From NCBI GenBank assembly GCA_002189035.1, contig NEEC01000029.1, positions 391,600-455,599 on the forward strand: a stretch of 64,000 bases of DNA, written 5' to 3'. The translations under genes were made by a program, and so were the position numbers. The notes under the pieces were generated by a model. It made no database searches, was not told the DNA's origin, and worked only from the letters and a program-made list of their open reading frames with translations. How positions within the stretch are numbered: the first letter of the stretch is position 1; each line of letters opens with the position of its first letter. Below, one piece after another: positions 1-12,189 of the stretch. Source of the stretch: Utricularia gibba. Lineage: Eukaryota > Plantae > Magnoliophyta.

Positions 1-548
1 TTTGAAGAAGCTGAGACATTTGCTCTGAACGTTGTTTGCATAAGGGAAAGAGCATTCGGGAAGGAATCTTTACCTGTTGGTAAGCTTCAGTTTTATCAGT
101 CATGCACAGTAGCTCCTGTCCCCTTTTGTAGATATAGGCAACAAAGATGCGTAACTCGCTGACTTGGTTGTCCACAGCCAGTATCCGAACTTCGTTTGGG
201 GCATGGATTCTATTACCACGTAGCACTTTAAGCTATTTCGATTGTTTTTTCGAAGTTCTTTGACATTTTTTTTCCTAAACTGATTAAACAGGAGAGGCAC
301 TTGATTGCCTAGCATGTATCCAGATGAAATTGGAGAAGGATGAGCCTGAACTGATGGAGCTGCTCAAGAGGGTGTTAAAGATCCAAGAAACGCACTTTGG
401 ACATGACAGTGGTGAAGTTGTGGAAACTCTGAAGAAAATGGTGTATCTTCTTGATAGAATGGGAAGAGACAGGCATCTGGAGAAACAGACGCTCGAGAGG
501 AGATTGACCATGTTGAGAAACAAGCATAAGCGGATGGTTCCCTACTGA
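1..548 (+). CDS. 3' end of a tetratricopeptide-repeat (kinesin-light-chain-like) protein; partial, exons 1-79 and 292-548
   Basis: Exon 1-79 (FEEAETFALNVVCIRERAFGKESLPV) joins across a GT-AG intron (80-291) to GEALDCLACIQMKLEKDEPELMELLKRVLKIQETHFG...KHKRMVPY*. The repeated 'L.I.E..FG' units are TPR-like. It resembles, from memory, the Arabidopsis At5g53080-type plastid TPR protein. Confidence 0.75.
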
Positions 549-821
549 CTTAGTGCATTTCTCTGGCCACGAACACCATCTATTGACTTCGAATACACAT
601 GTAACAAATCACTTGACTTGATACACCAGTAACTATATGTAAAATCAGGATTTCTTAGCCACTGCCACAGTTCCCTCATATTACTTAAGGTAAGAGATCC
701 AGCTACTAGCTCTCCGATTCTTCTTAACTGGGTTTTGCAGATGTGAGAGAAGATGGAAACGCTACATGAGAATGGGGCCCAAAGAGTAAAAACAAAGAAT
801 CGTTGTGTTCTGTCTTCTTGA

Positions 822-2817
822 TCAGTATTCATCAAGGTAAGTGTAGAGCATATCATCTCTTCTCGACTTTCTCTGTGACAGCAGAGATTTTAAAAGAGCT
901 TTGCTCTTGCTGGAAAGTTCCCTACTGTCTTTAGGGCTCTCCTTGGTGGCCGGCATCTGTGTTGATGATGATTTTCGAGGTTCTGAGATATACTGAAACA
1001 TGGCACAGCAGAGTATCACTAGGATGTTGGATACATGACCAGAGGAATGAGACTGGGATGCTCACAAATTGCTGGTGTGCAGAGCGGTCAGGGGTGGTGG
1101 GCCGGCTCTTATTTGGCGTGCTTGACCGTGATGCTCTTGGTGTCAATGCCTTGATGGAGAGCGAACTTGACCGGAAAAAAGGAAACCGCCGTGGCGAAGC
1201 ATCTGTTCTCCTTCCTGAATCAGATGCACAATCAAAATGAAGGAACTGTCATTACATTATCTCAGGATACCTTAAAATCATCCATCTCAGAACAAAGCAG
1301 TTGGGCAGGAGGTATTCTCATAGCGGTTATTATCAAAAGGAAAATATTGATGCACACTTTTGACTATATATGTTCACCAAGGCCATATGAGGAAGTGCAA
1401 GACGTGCATCTATCCAATACACATGCTTGTCACAGCTTCAACAAGGAAAAAAACCTGAATCTCTATTCGACTTGTTGATTGGAAAGGAAAGGTTTCCATC
1501 CTTCAATGCATAATTCGGAGGAGGAGTCGACTGAGAGAGCCGTTTACTGAAATGACAAGCAAATACTTTCACCATAGGTTAAAAGCAAACTGCAAAAAAA
1601 TGAAAAAAAAATCTAATGATAGATAATTTCATTTTGACTCGCCTGACTTCGGTGAGTAGAGAAGGTTCCTGCATTGTGCTTCGAAAGGCTGTAGGGAAAC
1701 CATTAAAATGAAGTGTGAATGTGACAATGGCTCAATGAAAAAGTGACTGGAAAGATATCAGAGTGCGTCATTTTTTCATACCATTCTTAAATTGATCCAA
1801 GTCTTCTGTGTCCTGAAATATGCATCCTATGAACTTTGATTTTGTCTGGACGCCTCCATGCATTGTTTCTCCCACTTAACAGATATAAACACAAAAAGAT
1901 GAATTACATGCACGTTACAATGGATAATGGATTCAATGGAAAAGAGAGATTACATGGCAAAGTATATCTTTTACAGTACTTGGGTGCATTCATCTGCAGT
2001 GACTGTTGTGAAATGCCTTCATGGTCGATGTACTCCTGGCATACTTGCAATCTCTAAATCACCTCAAAGTTTCAGAAATGCAAAAAAAAGTCACAATCAA
2101 CAAAAATTGCAGTTTCAGATTCCGAAGTAGAACATTTCTCAATAGTCTCTTTGATCTAGCTTCAGAAGAACCGCAGAAATACCTGGTGAATGCAGGAGAT
2201 CCGGAGTTCCGCTCCAGAAACATCTTCAACCTTATCATCGAGCAATCCATTTACCTTATAACTTAGATAGCCCAGGTGGTCCACGGTATTCACAAGCGCT
2301 TTAATGGCATAATCTTTCAAAGTATTTACAACTCTGCAGTTGTCGAGCAAAAAGTATTCATTTTAGAATGTATAACAAAAAAATCCATGTATAGCCTACA
2401 GTTTAGGTAAGGAATTAGGTGATGAATCTAACATTCAAAATCAGCTAGAAGGAGCAGGTGACGATTGACCAGCACAGATTATAAGTAACTCACACATGCT
2501 TTTCGATGTCATTCATGTATGAAAACTCAAAGTATTCTGCAGCTGAATAAAGCTGTTTCCTAAGATTCTTCAAATCCTGAAAAACAAAAAAATACTGAAC
2601 AACTAAAAGAGTAACAGTTCGAAAAATCATGCCTTCATGTAAGTGGTTCATGTTACAAAGAAAATGGGGGTATGGAAACAGCTCAAGGGTATACTACCAA
2701 GCGAAAAACTACCTTTAAACTATCAGATAACATCAAACTCTGGTGCAGAGAGACCTCATCGTAATTTTCTGGTTCACAAGGAGGATTCACTGAAGCACTT
2801 TCACACATTGCCTCCAT
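822..2817 (-). CDS. ABIL: ABI-like (ABIL, Abl-interactor-like) SCAR/WAVE complex subunit, ABIL2/3 type; multi-exon
   Basis: Traced exons: [35 protein letters not shown] (2817-2713), [60 protein letters not shown]. The C-terminus [29 protein letters not shown] is a hallmark of plant ABIL proteins. Confidence 0.92.
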
Positions 2818-4208
2818 TGAGGAGCATGGAACCACTTACAGAACTATTTATTCCTGCAACAACCATTTCCGTCCGTCGTTTAGTCCAAGCATTGGAAGCT
2901 GCACTCTAGAGAAATACAAGAAAGAACTCTAAATTCAAACGCTGGAATTTCCTAACAGTACAGCAGAATCCCTCTCTACAAAGATGCACTTCAGCATACT
3001 CAAGGAATTTAAATACAAAAATACTATGCAGAGGAAACGAAACATCTAAGCAGATGCACTACAAACCTTCGCAACACTAAATTCCATGTCTATCACAAAA
3101 AAGAAAAAAACAGCAAAATGTCCATTGTTAACTCAAAAACAGATGAAATTTGCTCACTCACACTCCCATTGCTCTCTAGAAACACCAAAATGCACGTAAA
3201 CACGAAAGAACTCGGATAAAAAAAGCAAGAATGGTTACGAAATGTGTGAGCTTTCGGAATTCTAAACACCTTGGTGCCACTCCGCAAGCAGATAAAGGCT
3301 TTTTGTCCTACTCGAGCGGAAGAGCGAAAAATGAGACCATCCACGTTCAGTTTCCAATCACAAGCCTTGGATTTTTGAAAAGTGATGAAAGAAGACGACA
3401 ACCCGAAACAGGCCCAGCATATGCTGAAGGCACTTTGGCGTTTGGGGCATCAACCCTGTCTGAAACCAAACTGCAAAATAACTACTACTCTTCTTCCTGA
3501 ATGATAAAGTGTGAGCAACAAAAGGGTTCCTTTGTCAGAGCAAAAATGGCCAGCAACTCCGTAACGTTTCCTTTCATGGAATCTGGCTGGCAACCCAACA
3601 GCGGAGGGGACGTTGGAATTTCCCAGAAGAATAGTTTTGGATTAACTAAGGAAAGTGTAATTATGATGTCATTTAAGATGGATTTGAAGGCGCATTTAAT
3701 GAAACTAGGAATTTGATGAGGCCAGACAAAAAAACACGTCGCAATTATTCAATTCATGAAATACGCCGCATTGGCGAATGGGAAACCCCAAACTACCCCT
3801 AAAACGCCCTATTGGGCCAACCCTGGTTCACTAGGTGGGCTCGGGATCTTCGGGCCCAATGCTAATTTCCGAAGGGGCAATCAATGCATGATTTAAAGCA
3901 TGTTCCTGAAGGAGACAGCAGCAGCAGTCATCTTGAGAGCGATCCCGGTGGCCTACATTCTCCCTGGACCACTTCTGGAAGGGCCCCCATTTTGCTGACT
4001 TTGAATCCGAGAACCCCAGTCTTGAAATTCGATAGTACCGCAGCAAGTGGTTTTCAGTTTCCGGCGTCATAAGATGATAGTAGTTGTATAGTTTTGATGA
4101 ACTTCAAAAGGAAAGGACCGAAAGGCCGAGTGTTGAGCATCAAACCTTGTTGCTTAAACGTGGTACTAAGATAACTAGTGAAGTATCAAGTATGCAGGGA
4201 ATCAGGAA

Positions 4209-6526
4209 CTATCGCTTAAGATGTATGATACCATTACAAGCCAGAGTGCCTTCAAGGTTTCCTATGATTCGAGATATTCGAATTTCCAGTCCCATTTGGA
4301 CTTCTCTGAAAAGAGTTCTCATGGTGTCTGCGAATCGTTTCGCATCAAAGCTCTCGAGATTTTCGATCTTCCCTTGTTCCCCTTGGAGTCCGGAGGCAAT
4401 CTTGGTTTGCACTTGTGCTAGCTTCTGCCCGGTTGCGACAATGTACCTCTGTAACTGGAAGGTTTCTTCAAGAAAATGCTCTAGAATCTTGGCCTCTTCA
4501 GGGTTCTAGCATTGCTGGAACACTCACTGCTCAAGTTCAGGTTGTTGTCTTGCTGAAGTTTGTGAACAAAGAAATGGTGTAAGCTGGCGATTTGAACTTC
4601 AGCAATGGTGTAAGGCACCTTGGTCCATCCAAACATAAATGAAATGTGGAAGCTATGACATACCATTCTTTGGGAAAGATCATCGATTTTTCCTTGAAGG
4701 GACTGATACCGATCCGCCTGTTTGTAGAGAAGGGAGATGAGAATTTCGAAATCTTCATCCTTATGTCCATCACACTCTTGTTTTCCCTTCAGCCTCTCAA
4801 GCACAAGAAGCTGCTGCTTCAGTCTCTTGATCTTGTGAGTGATTCCAAGAGCATGAATATCCATCTTCCTGGTGGAATTGCTGAGCTCCCTTTTTGTTCC
4901 TAGGCCTAGTAGAGCTGATGTAATTGCACCTGTGAAATCATTCGAATCGGCGCTCGTAGTTCGAGAATGGTTCAGGCTCACCACAGGCGCACCAGAGCTT
5001 CCCACATTCTGGACATCCAAAACTATGTCCTTTACTTGATCATGAAGAGAGTTTTTTTCGATATCGTTGTTTCTGGCTTCTTGGTTTCCCTCGTTCAATC
5101 TTCTCTCAATGATCTTTATGTTGGACTGGAGATTCCCCCGGTTTCCAGTTTCTTCATCTGGAGAGGGATTGAACTCAAGTCTTCGGAGATTCAGAGGTTC
5201 AAAACTCAAGATCTGCTCTTTCAGTGAGTGCAACTCATTCTCACGATCCAGAACCAGTTCCTCTAGCTTCACATTCTCCTGCTTAAGTTGCATAAAATCA
5301 CGTTCTAATGCGTGCACGTACGACTGCATCCTCTTGGCTTCGATATCCGAGCTCAACAGCCTCCACTGTAGAGCTTCCAGTCTTTCATCTTTGAGTCTGA
5401 GTTGCTCTACGAATGCTTCAATCACAAGGTTATGCCTTTGATCCTGCTCTTCCTCATCACCAGTTAGTTCGATCGGATTCCGGTTGGATACAACAGAAAC
5501 AATCTCAAGCCCTCCCCTCAGCTCAGGTTGATGATGATAGCCTTTTACATGCTTGGACAGCAAATTTTTTAACAAATGGCCATCATTTTTAAACTCTGGA
5601 ACACCTTTCCAGGCTCCTGCTTCATGCTTCCTCGTCGCTTTCGCCATCTGTTTATCGCAATTCCCTAGATCGAGCTTCCTCAGAAGGACAGACAGGACTT
5701 GATCTTTCTGCTCCAAATCCTTCCTCAATTTAACCAGCTGTGTCGACAGTCTTTGGTTCATTGCCAGAGCTTGCTCTTTCTGCTCCGTCGCTGAATCAGC
5801 TTCTTCGTTCGATGCTTCGAGTCGTCTCAAAGCCCGGTTCAGCTCAGCTTCAAGCTGCCTCTGAGCAGAAACAAGCTCTATAGTTGCAGTCTTGTACCTC
5901 AGGATCTCACTAGAATGGTATTCAGCTTCAAGCTTTGCCTTCTCTGTCAACTGAGCAACTGCAACTTCAGCCGCTCTCACCCTCTCTTCGATCTCCCGTC
6001 TCTTCTCCTCAACTGCATCGATCAATCTATCCTTTTCGGATACAAGATTCTCACTTTGCACCAACCTCTCCCTCAGTTCACACACAGATTTCTCATTCTT
6101 AGCCTCGGCAACTCTCAACTCATTGGTAAGTGACCCAATTTGTTGCCTAAGCATCTTCCTCTCGTTGAACCAACTCTGCTCCCGGGCTGCAACGATGCTC
6201 ATTACCCTCTCATTCGCTTTGGCTTCTTCATTTCTTCGCCTCTTCAGCTCTGCAACATGTTTTTCAGCGTCTTCAAGCTTGTTCAGAAGATCAATGTTCA
6301 GATTTTCCACTCTCTTTGAGTGCACCTTCCAAAGAAACATCCCCATTAAGTGGGCACTCCCCTTAATCACCTTGTTTCTTTCTTCCAGCCATTCTTGTGT
6401 TTCGGGATCTGATATGAGATTCAGAGCGAAAAATGCACAAGAAATACCGAAAAATACAGGATACAAACTATCGCTTCTGTCCTCAGGCATAAAACCAGAG
6501 GGGCTTTCGGCTACATCTTCATCCAT
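4209..6526 (-). CDS. Large coiled-coil protein of the 'RNase P subunit p38-related' / myosin-heavy-chain-like plant family; apparent 1-nt frame break at 4501-4503
   Basis: 681-aa ORF starting ...DSLYPVFFGISCAFFAL with long heptad regions. After an intron near 4555-4663 the conserved tail EAKILEHFLEETFQLQRYIVATGQKL...FREVQMGLEIRISRIIGNLEGTLACNGIIHLKR* lies in a shifted frame; adding one C to a CCC run restores ART-PEEAKILEH. Confidence 0.8.
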
Positions 6527-8122
6527 ATCTCAAGAACGGGAACAATTGTTTTTCAACTCTCTAGGTTTGATTTCAGCAGATTCAACAACCAGCAACTAAT
6601 ATGAGCTCAAGGAATGAAAAAAAACACCCCAAAACTCACATCCATTGCTTGGGTTCACAAGCATCAAAAGAAGAGAAATACGAAAATCCAGATATCACAG
6701 AAATGCTGGTATAAGAATCATAATCAAGAGATCTTAAAGAAACACATCAGAACGAAAGTACCCTTTTCACAGAGTAACTTCATCAACTACCACAGAAAGA
6801 AAAGGGCACATTTTCCCACATGACAGCTGAAGAAGTGAGCTTTAAAGTTGAAGAGAATCAGTTCCTTGAGCTCTAATTTTCAGTGCGGACCCCATTATCT
6901 TTCTCCTCGGGATCATGGACTCTCAGTGACAAATGAAAAGACTTTGAGTTGAAGGTGTGTGTAGTGTAGACATCCTACTGGTATGTATGTGCGGCCCGAA
7001 AAAGACTGCTTCTTCACCCCTGCAAAATACCAAGTTTCAAGCAAATTACAACTCATTTCTTTCGTTTTTTTCTTCAATATGATTGCATTACAGATTTTTT
7101 TTTTCTCTTCCTTCCTGTGGGGGAATCAAGCCAATAAATGCTTCCAGCTCGTCCAACTCTAGAAGGTGACCCACTTTATGCATCAACCAAAATAGCTGCT
7201 TACATGTATGATTAGGTACCACCGGCTCTACTGTTAGTCTTGTCCTGAATAGTGTTTGGAGCACGAACTTGATCTCCAAATTCTACCACATTTGATGCTT
7301 CATGTGGACAAACAGATAAACATTTCATAGAGCCAGGATGTGTTGTGAGGCAAGTCACAGTAGAAGCTCCATTGTTTGGAGTTTACTGTACGAGCTTCAA
7401 AAATGTCAGGTGAGTTGAATATGGTCAGCCGTACTCTGCACCTGCCTTTTTACTACTAAAGGCCTTCTCCTCTCTCTTTTTCACTTACTGACAAGGAGCA
7501 TGGGGATTATTGCAACCTAATTTGCCCTAAATTGTCCAATTCCAATGAACCCCTGTTGTAGACTGTAGTCTGGGCCGAGTGGATCCTATAAAGCATGTGG
7601 GCATGTGGGCCTGTGCTTCGGCCCGATGGTAATGAAATGATTTTGAAAGTCAAAACAATTGCCCATCGTGTGGGAATTTGTTTTGGGGCCGACGTCGTTT
7701 CATGGAAGCAGCACGGACTGTGTGAAAAGGGTGCATGCAACTTTCTCCAAAAAGTAGACATTAACTGGCCTTTTACTATGAATTGTCGCTAGCTTCCAAG
7801 CAATAAATACGAGGACCGTGAAACCCTTTTATGACTTGTTCGGATTCTCCAAAACGCAAGCTTCCTTTTTGCTGCCGTTTTGATCATCCGAGAAAATATG
7901 TACACCTGAACATTGACGTGTTGGATTTTCTCGAATACTATGCCTAAGACTGGAGCAGCTCTTGACTAAATGGCTACCCGGTAGCCCTGTTGGATTGCAT
8001 TGTTCTTCATTGAATCAAGCACTCGGTCAAGTTGCTCCCAGCGCCAACTTTGACGTTCAACAGTTCTTCTCAGTGTTGAAATAGCTGATGCGTTCCTTGC
8101 ATGCTGTTACCGCCCTCCTGCC

Positions 8123-9237
8123 ATGGGTTGCTTTGCATCCAAAGAGTCTCGTCCCGCCCCTGCCTGCGGGGACTCGAAAGCTATTGCGTTGGATACGCCT
8201 TGTAAGTTGAACTGCGCTGTCGTTTGCATACATGCACTTGCTCACTGTGTGCCATGGTGTAGTTTCGGTGAAGGAAGTGGAGGCTTTGTATCAGCTTTTT
8301 ATGAAAATAAGCTCCTTGATTGTAAAGGATGAGCTCATCAACAAGGTATCATCAAAACTTCATTCTTGATTGTGTCATTAAGGTGTGATACTGAATGATG
8401 CGTTCGATCCTTGCAGGATGAGTTCCAGCTTGCAATGTTTAGGAAACCAGACGAACAAAATTTCTTTGCTGATAGGGTCAGTTCCCTACATCCAGTGGCA
8501 GCAGCCAAAACAAAAAAAAAAAAAAAAAAAAAAACCTTCCTTTTTCTTTTTCATGAATTTGCGTGATGTCTCCTATAGTTATTCGACCTATTCGACTGCA
8601 ATCGTGATGGGGCCATCGACTTCGAGGAGTTCGTGCGTTCTCTGGGAGTGTTTCACCCAAACGCTCAGTTTGAAAGCAAAGCTGCATGTAAGAAAGAGTA
8701 TCCTTCTGCATGACTGCCCAGACAAACATGGCTTGCCTACTCATGATAATCCTTCTACAGTCACATTCAAACTGCACGATCTAAGAAACTCGGGCTTCAT
8801 CGAGCGGAATGAGGTGAAGCAGATGGTGTTCTCGCTGCTTCACGAATCCGATCTGGAGCTGCCGGAGGATGTGGTGGAGCTGATCGTGGAGAAGGTGAGG
8901 ATTTGTATTAATAAAAAAGAAATCCAAGCACAGCATTAAGTCAGTGAAGCTCCCATATGGGCTAAATGATTGACTGGCATTGTATTGTCCAAGCAGACGT
9001 TCTCTCAGGCAGCGAAAGGCAACCCACAGATAAATTTCGAGGAATGGAAGGAATTGGTGTCGCAGAACCCGTCGCTGATCAAGAACATGAACCTTCCGTA
9101 TCTCAAGTAAGTTTATATATCGCCCAAAATCCCTTTGTCCAGGTTGCGGGTTTGTAAGATACGGAGTCATGGGATGCAGGGAAATAACGCTCTCCTTTCC
9201 AAGCTTTTCTATCAAAGTGGAGCACCAGAGCACATGA
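8123..9237 (+). CDS. CBL4: Calcineurin B-like calcium sensor, CBL4/SOS3-like; 7 exons, degenerate EF-hand 4
   Basis: N-terminal MGCFAS myristoylation/palmitoylation motif; exons [72 protein letters not shown]; C-terminal [13 protein letters not shown] (FPSF motif). All traced splice sites are GT-AG. Confidence 0.9.
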
Positions 9238-9500
9238 GTGCGGAGATAGAGAGATATGTAGAGGTCGGCTTCCAAGGATACATCTTGGGGAGCGGTATGG
9301 CTTCGGAAGTGAGCCCGCAAGGGCTTTGGGTCGAGTCAAAGTCATGATGATGACTTCAGATTAGTTAGAACATTTCATAAGTTTTGCTGTCCAGATAGCC
9401 GTTGCTTTGTCTTGGTCTTGGTCTAGGGCATGACAAGCATGAATTGGACCAAGCAAATGGATAATGATGGGCTTTTGTAATTTTCTTTATTCCCAAGTGT

Positions 9501-9530
9501 TGGGCTGGGCTGGTCTGGGCTGGGTTGGCC
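9501..9530. promoter_or_regulatory. Site II-like (TGGGCY) pentamer cluster upstream of BOB1
   Basis: tgggc tgggc tggtc tgggc tgggt tggcc lies about 130 bp upstream of the BOB1 ATG. Site II elements are TCP-binding motifs of housekeeping promoters. Confidence 0.45.
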
Positions 9531-9657
9531 CATATGGATGGAAAGAAAGCTTTTCACCACTTGCGCAAATCTTTTCTCCTCTTTTATTTTTTATTTAATT
9601 AAGCCAGGGGTTCTTCTTGGGAAGAAAACGCCGGTTGGAAAGCCCTAGACTCTCACT

Positions 9658-11341
9658 ATGGCGATTCTCTCAGATTTCGAAGAAGAAGACACGAGGAAGG
9701 CTTCGAGTTCGACGTCCAAGCAATTCAACGCCGTTTTTGATCCCTCGAATCCCTTGGGTTTCCTGGAGGTGGTTTTTGAGTTCGTCGCGAGGGAGAGTGA
9801 TCTGTTTAACAGTAATACGCTCCTAAATGATGTGAATGCGGTGGTGCGGATGGTGAAGAACAAGGTGGAGACAGAGGAGAAGAAGAGGAAGGATACGGAG
9901 ATTGCTCAAGTTGAAAAGAATGAGAAGAAAATTAAGGCGGCCGAAGCTTCATCTCCCCCAAAGCCCAGAAGGAGATTAAAGAAGTCGCCATGGAGGATAG
10001 GGAAACAGAAACTATAGGGGAGACGGATGATAAGGGCCGTCGCGGTACTGGTCTACTCTTTTTTCACAGTGTAGTTCACTATAAACCCTGTTCCATCTCA
10101 AGTTTTAGTTTTTGTTTTCTTTTTAGCCGCTTCAACGTTATATTAAGTTTTGTGATGCGTGGTTTTTGTCGATTTCGTGGATTTCTTCTCCGGTATTTGT
10201 ATGTTTAGTTATCTCGTCCGCTGTACTGAGGGTGATACGCTTATCTTGGCACTTTTGTAGTTGTTTTCCTTGTTTTAGGACGTGATTTTTCGTCTTGTAA
10301 ATGAAGTTTTGTTTCCTAGTAATTTTCCGCTTCATTGTTATGCTGCTAACGCTTGAAGTTTTGTGCCATTTTATCTGGTCTGATGTTCCATAGCGACCTG
10401 TAGCTCGACAATGTGTCTGATTCTGCTCTCTCCTTTTGTCTTGTACAGCACCTAACAAGGGAAACGGCCTCGATTTGGACAAGTATTCATGGGTTCAGTC
10501 GTTACAAGAGGTCACTGTTTCTGTTCCAGTACCTGCTGGCACGAAGTCGAGATTTATTGTTTGTGAAATAAAGAAAAACCATCTTAAAGTTGGGCTCAAA
10601 GGCCAGCCGCCAATTATAGACGTACGTGGCTTATGTGGTGTCTCTCTGTTTTGCCGCACCTTTATGAAGTTAGATTCAGAGGGCTGTCATGCATTCTTGC
10701 CGTTCTAGCATACGCTTGATGTTGCTCACCGACGTGTTTTCATTTGTATTCTCACAGGGAGACCTTTATGAGTCTGTCAAGGTGGATGACTGCTTCTGGA
10801 GCTTAGGTAATGAACGTGTGTGTCTTTCTTTCGCTTCTGCCGTCTTCAAATTTCTAACGCATGCTTACAACACAACCCCCTAACAGAGGATCAGAAGTCT
10901 GTTTCTATTCTCCTCACGAAACATAACCAAATGGAATGGTGGAAGTATGTGGTGAAGGGTGAACCGGAGATGGACACCCAAAAAGTAGAACCTGAAAATA
11001 GTAAGCTGTCTGATCTTGATCCAGAAACACGCTCCACGGTAGAAAAAATGATGGTAACTCTTCCTCACCCTAATAAACTGTTGCTTATTTCGTCTCGCTT
11101 AGCTCGTTATTCTGATGCATCGTGTGTCCATTCCCAGTTCGACCAGCGACAGAAACAGATGGGTCTCCCAACTAGTGATGAGATGCAAAAGCAGGATATA
11201 TTGAAGAAGTTCATGGCCGAGGTAAAACACAATACGCAAAGTTGCACCTACACTTCCAAACAGGGTAATGCTCTGACATGAAATGTGCGTGTGTTGCTGC
11301 AGCATCCGGAGATGGACTTTTCAAGAGCAAAAATCAACTAA
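9658..11341 (+). CDS. BOB1: BOBBER1, NudC-domain small heat-shock-like chaperone; 6 exons, apparent 1-nt frame break at 9955-9959
   Basis: [10 protein letters not shown]...[11 protein letters not shown]; CS/NudC domain [101 protein letters not shown]. Exon 1 needs one extra C in CCCCC to reach the phase-1 donor at 10045. Confidence 0.93.
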
Positions 11342-12189
11342 GAGATGAGATGGGTGGGGATTTTGTGTTTGTGTTTCACAGTAGATGGATCATTTCCGTT
11401 GACTTGGAAAGACGAGTGAGTGGATGGACTGCATTGGGCACTTGTGCGTTTATTCGAATGACGTTCGTACAAGACCTCGTGAAAACGACACCAACAATCA
11501 GTAGTTAAATATTAGGCGGCCAGAAATGAAAACAGAACCTGCCGGGGGCCGACCGGTCTTCTTGCAGGCACACCCAACTGATTTATTCATTGCACATGGC
11601 TGGGATTCAGAGACCTGAGGCTCCCCCTCAGGGCGCTTTGCTTGCTTTGCCCTGCGATGAAGTAGAATGGAAAACTTTTTATATGAACCCATCCCGGCAG
11701 CCCCTTCTTTACCCTCAAATTGCTGCATCAATTTTACAAGATCGCGTGGATGACTTGCTGGTTGCGGTGAGCAGGTCGTTGGTCGGTTATTACCTGTTTC
11801 ATCCTCTTCTTTACCGTCGTAGGATTGACACGCCGTTCATGGTATCAAGGGGCAACTTCAGCATCTTTGCTTACTGTGAATTGGTGGATGCTTGATTGAA
11901 CTGACATGCTTATTCAATCGGGGTAGGTTGTTTTTGCTTGGGAGACCTTGAAAAAGATTCCATTCATATTCCTGAGATCCACATCTTAAATGCGGCTGTT
12001 TCTTTGTCTCCTCTCCCCCAGTCCTCCCCTGTTCTTTTCATTTTACTCTTTTATCTTGTTTTTTTTTTTAACTGAGCCTCACGCTCATAAGACCACGCCC
12101 AAAGCCAAGGTCGCCTGGGTTCATTTGGTGTTGTCACCTTTGTTTCTCTTCCCCATCACGAGGAAAAAAGTGTTCCTTGATTTGAAACA

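Noticed and set aside
7088-7500. Short ORFs and splice-like signals between the coiled-coil gene and CBL
   Set aside because: No frame gave a recognisable protein or a consistent exon chain.
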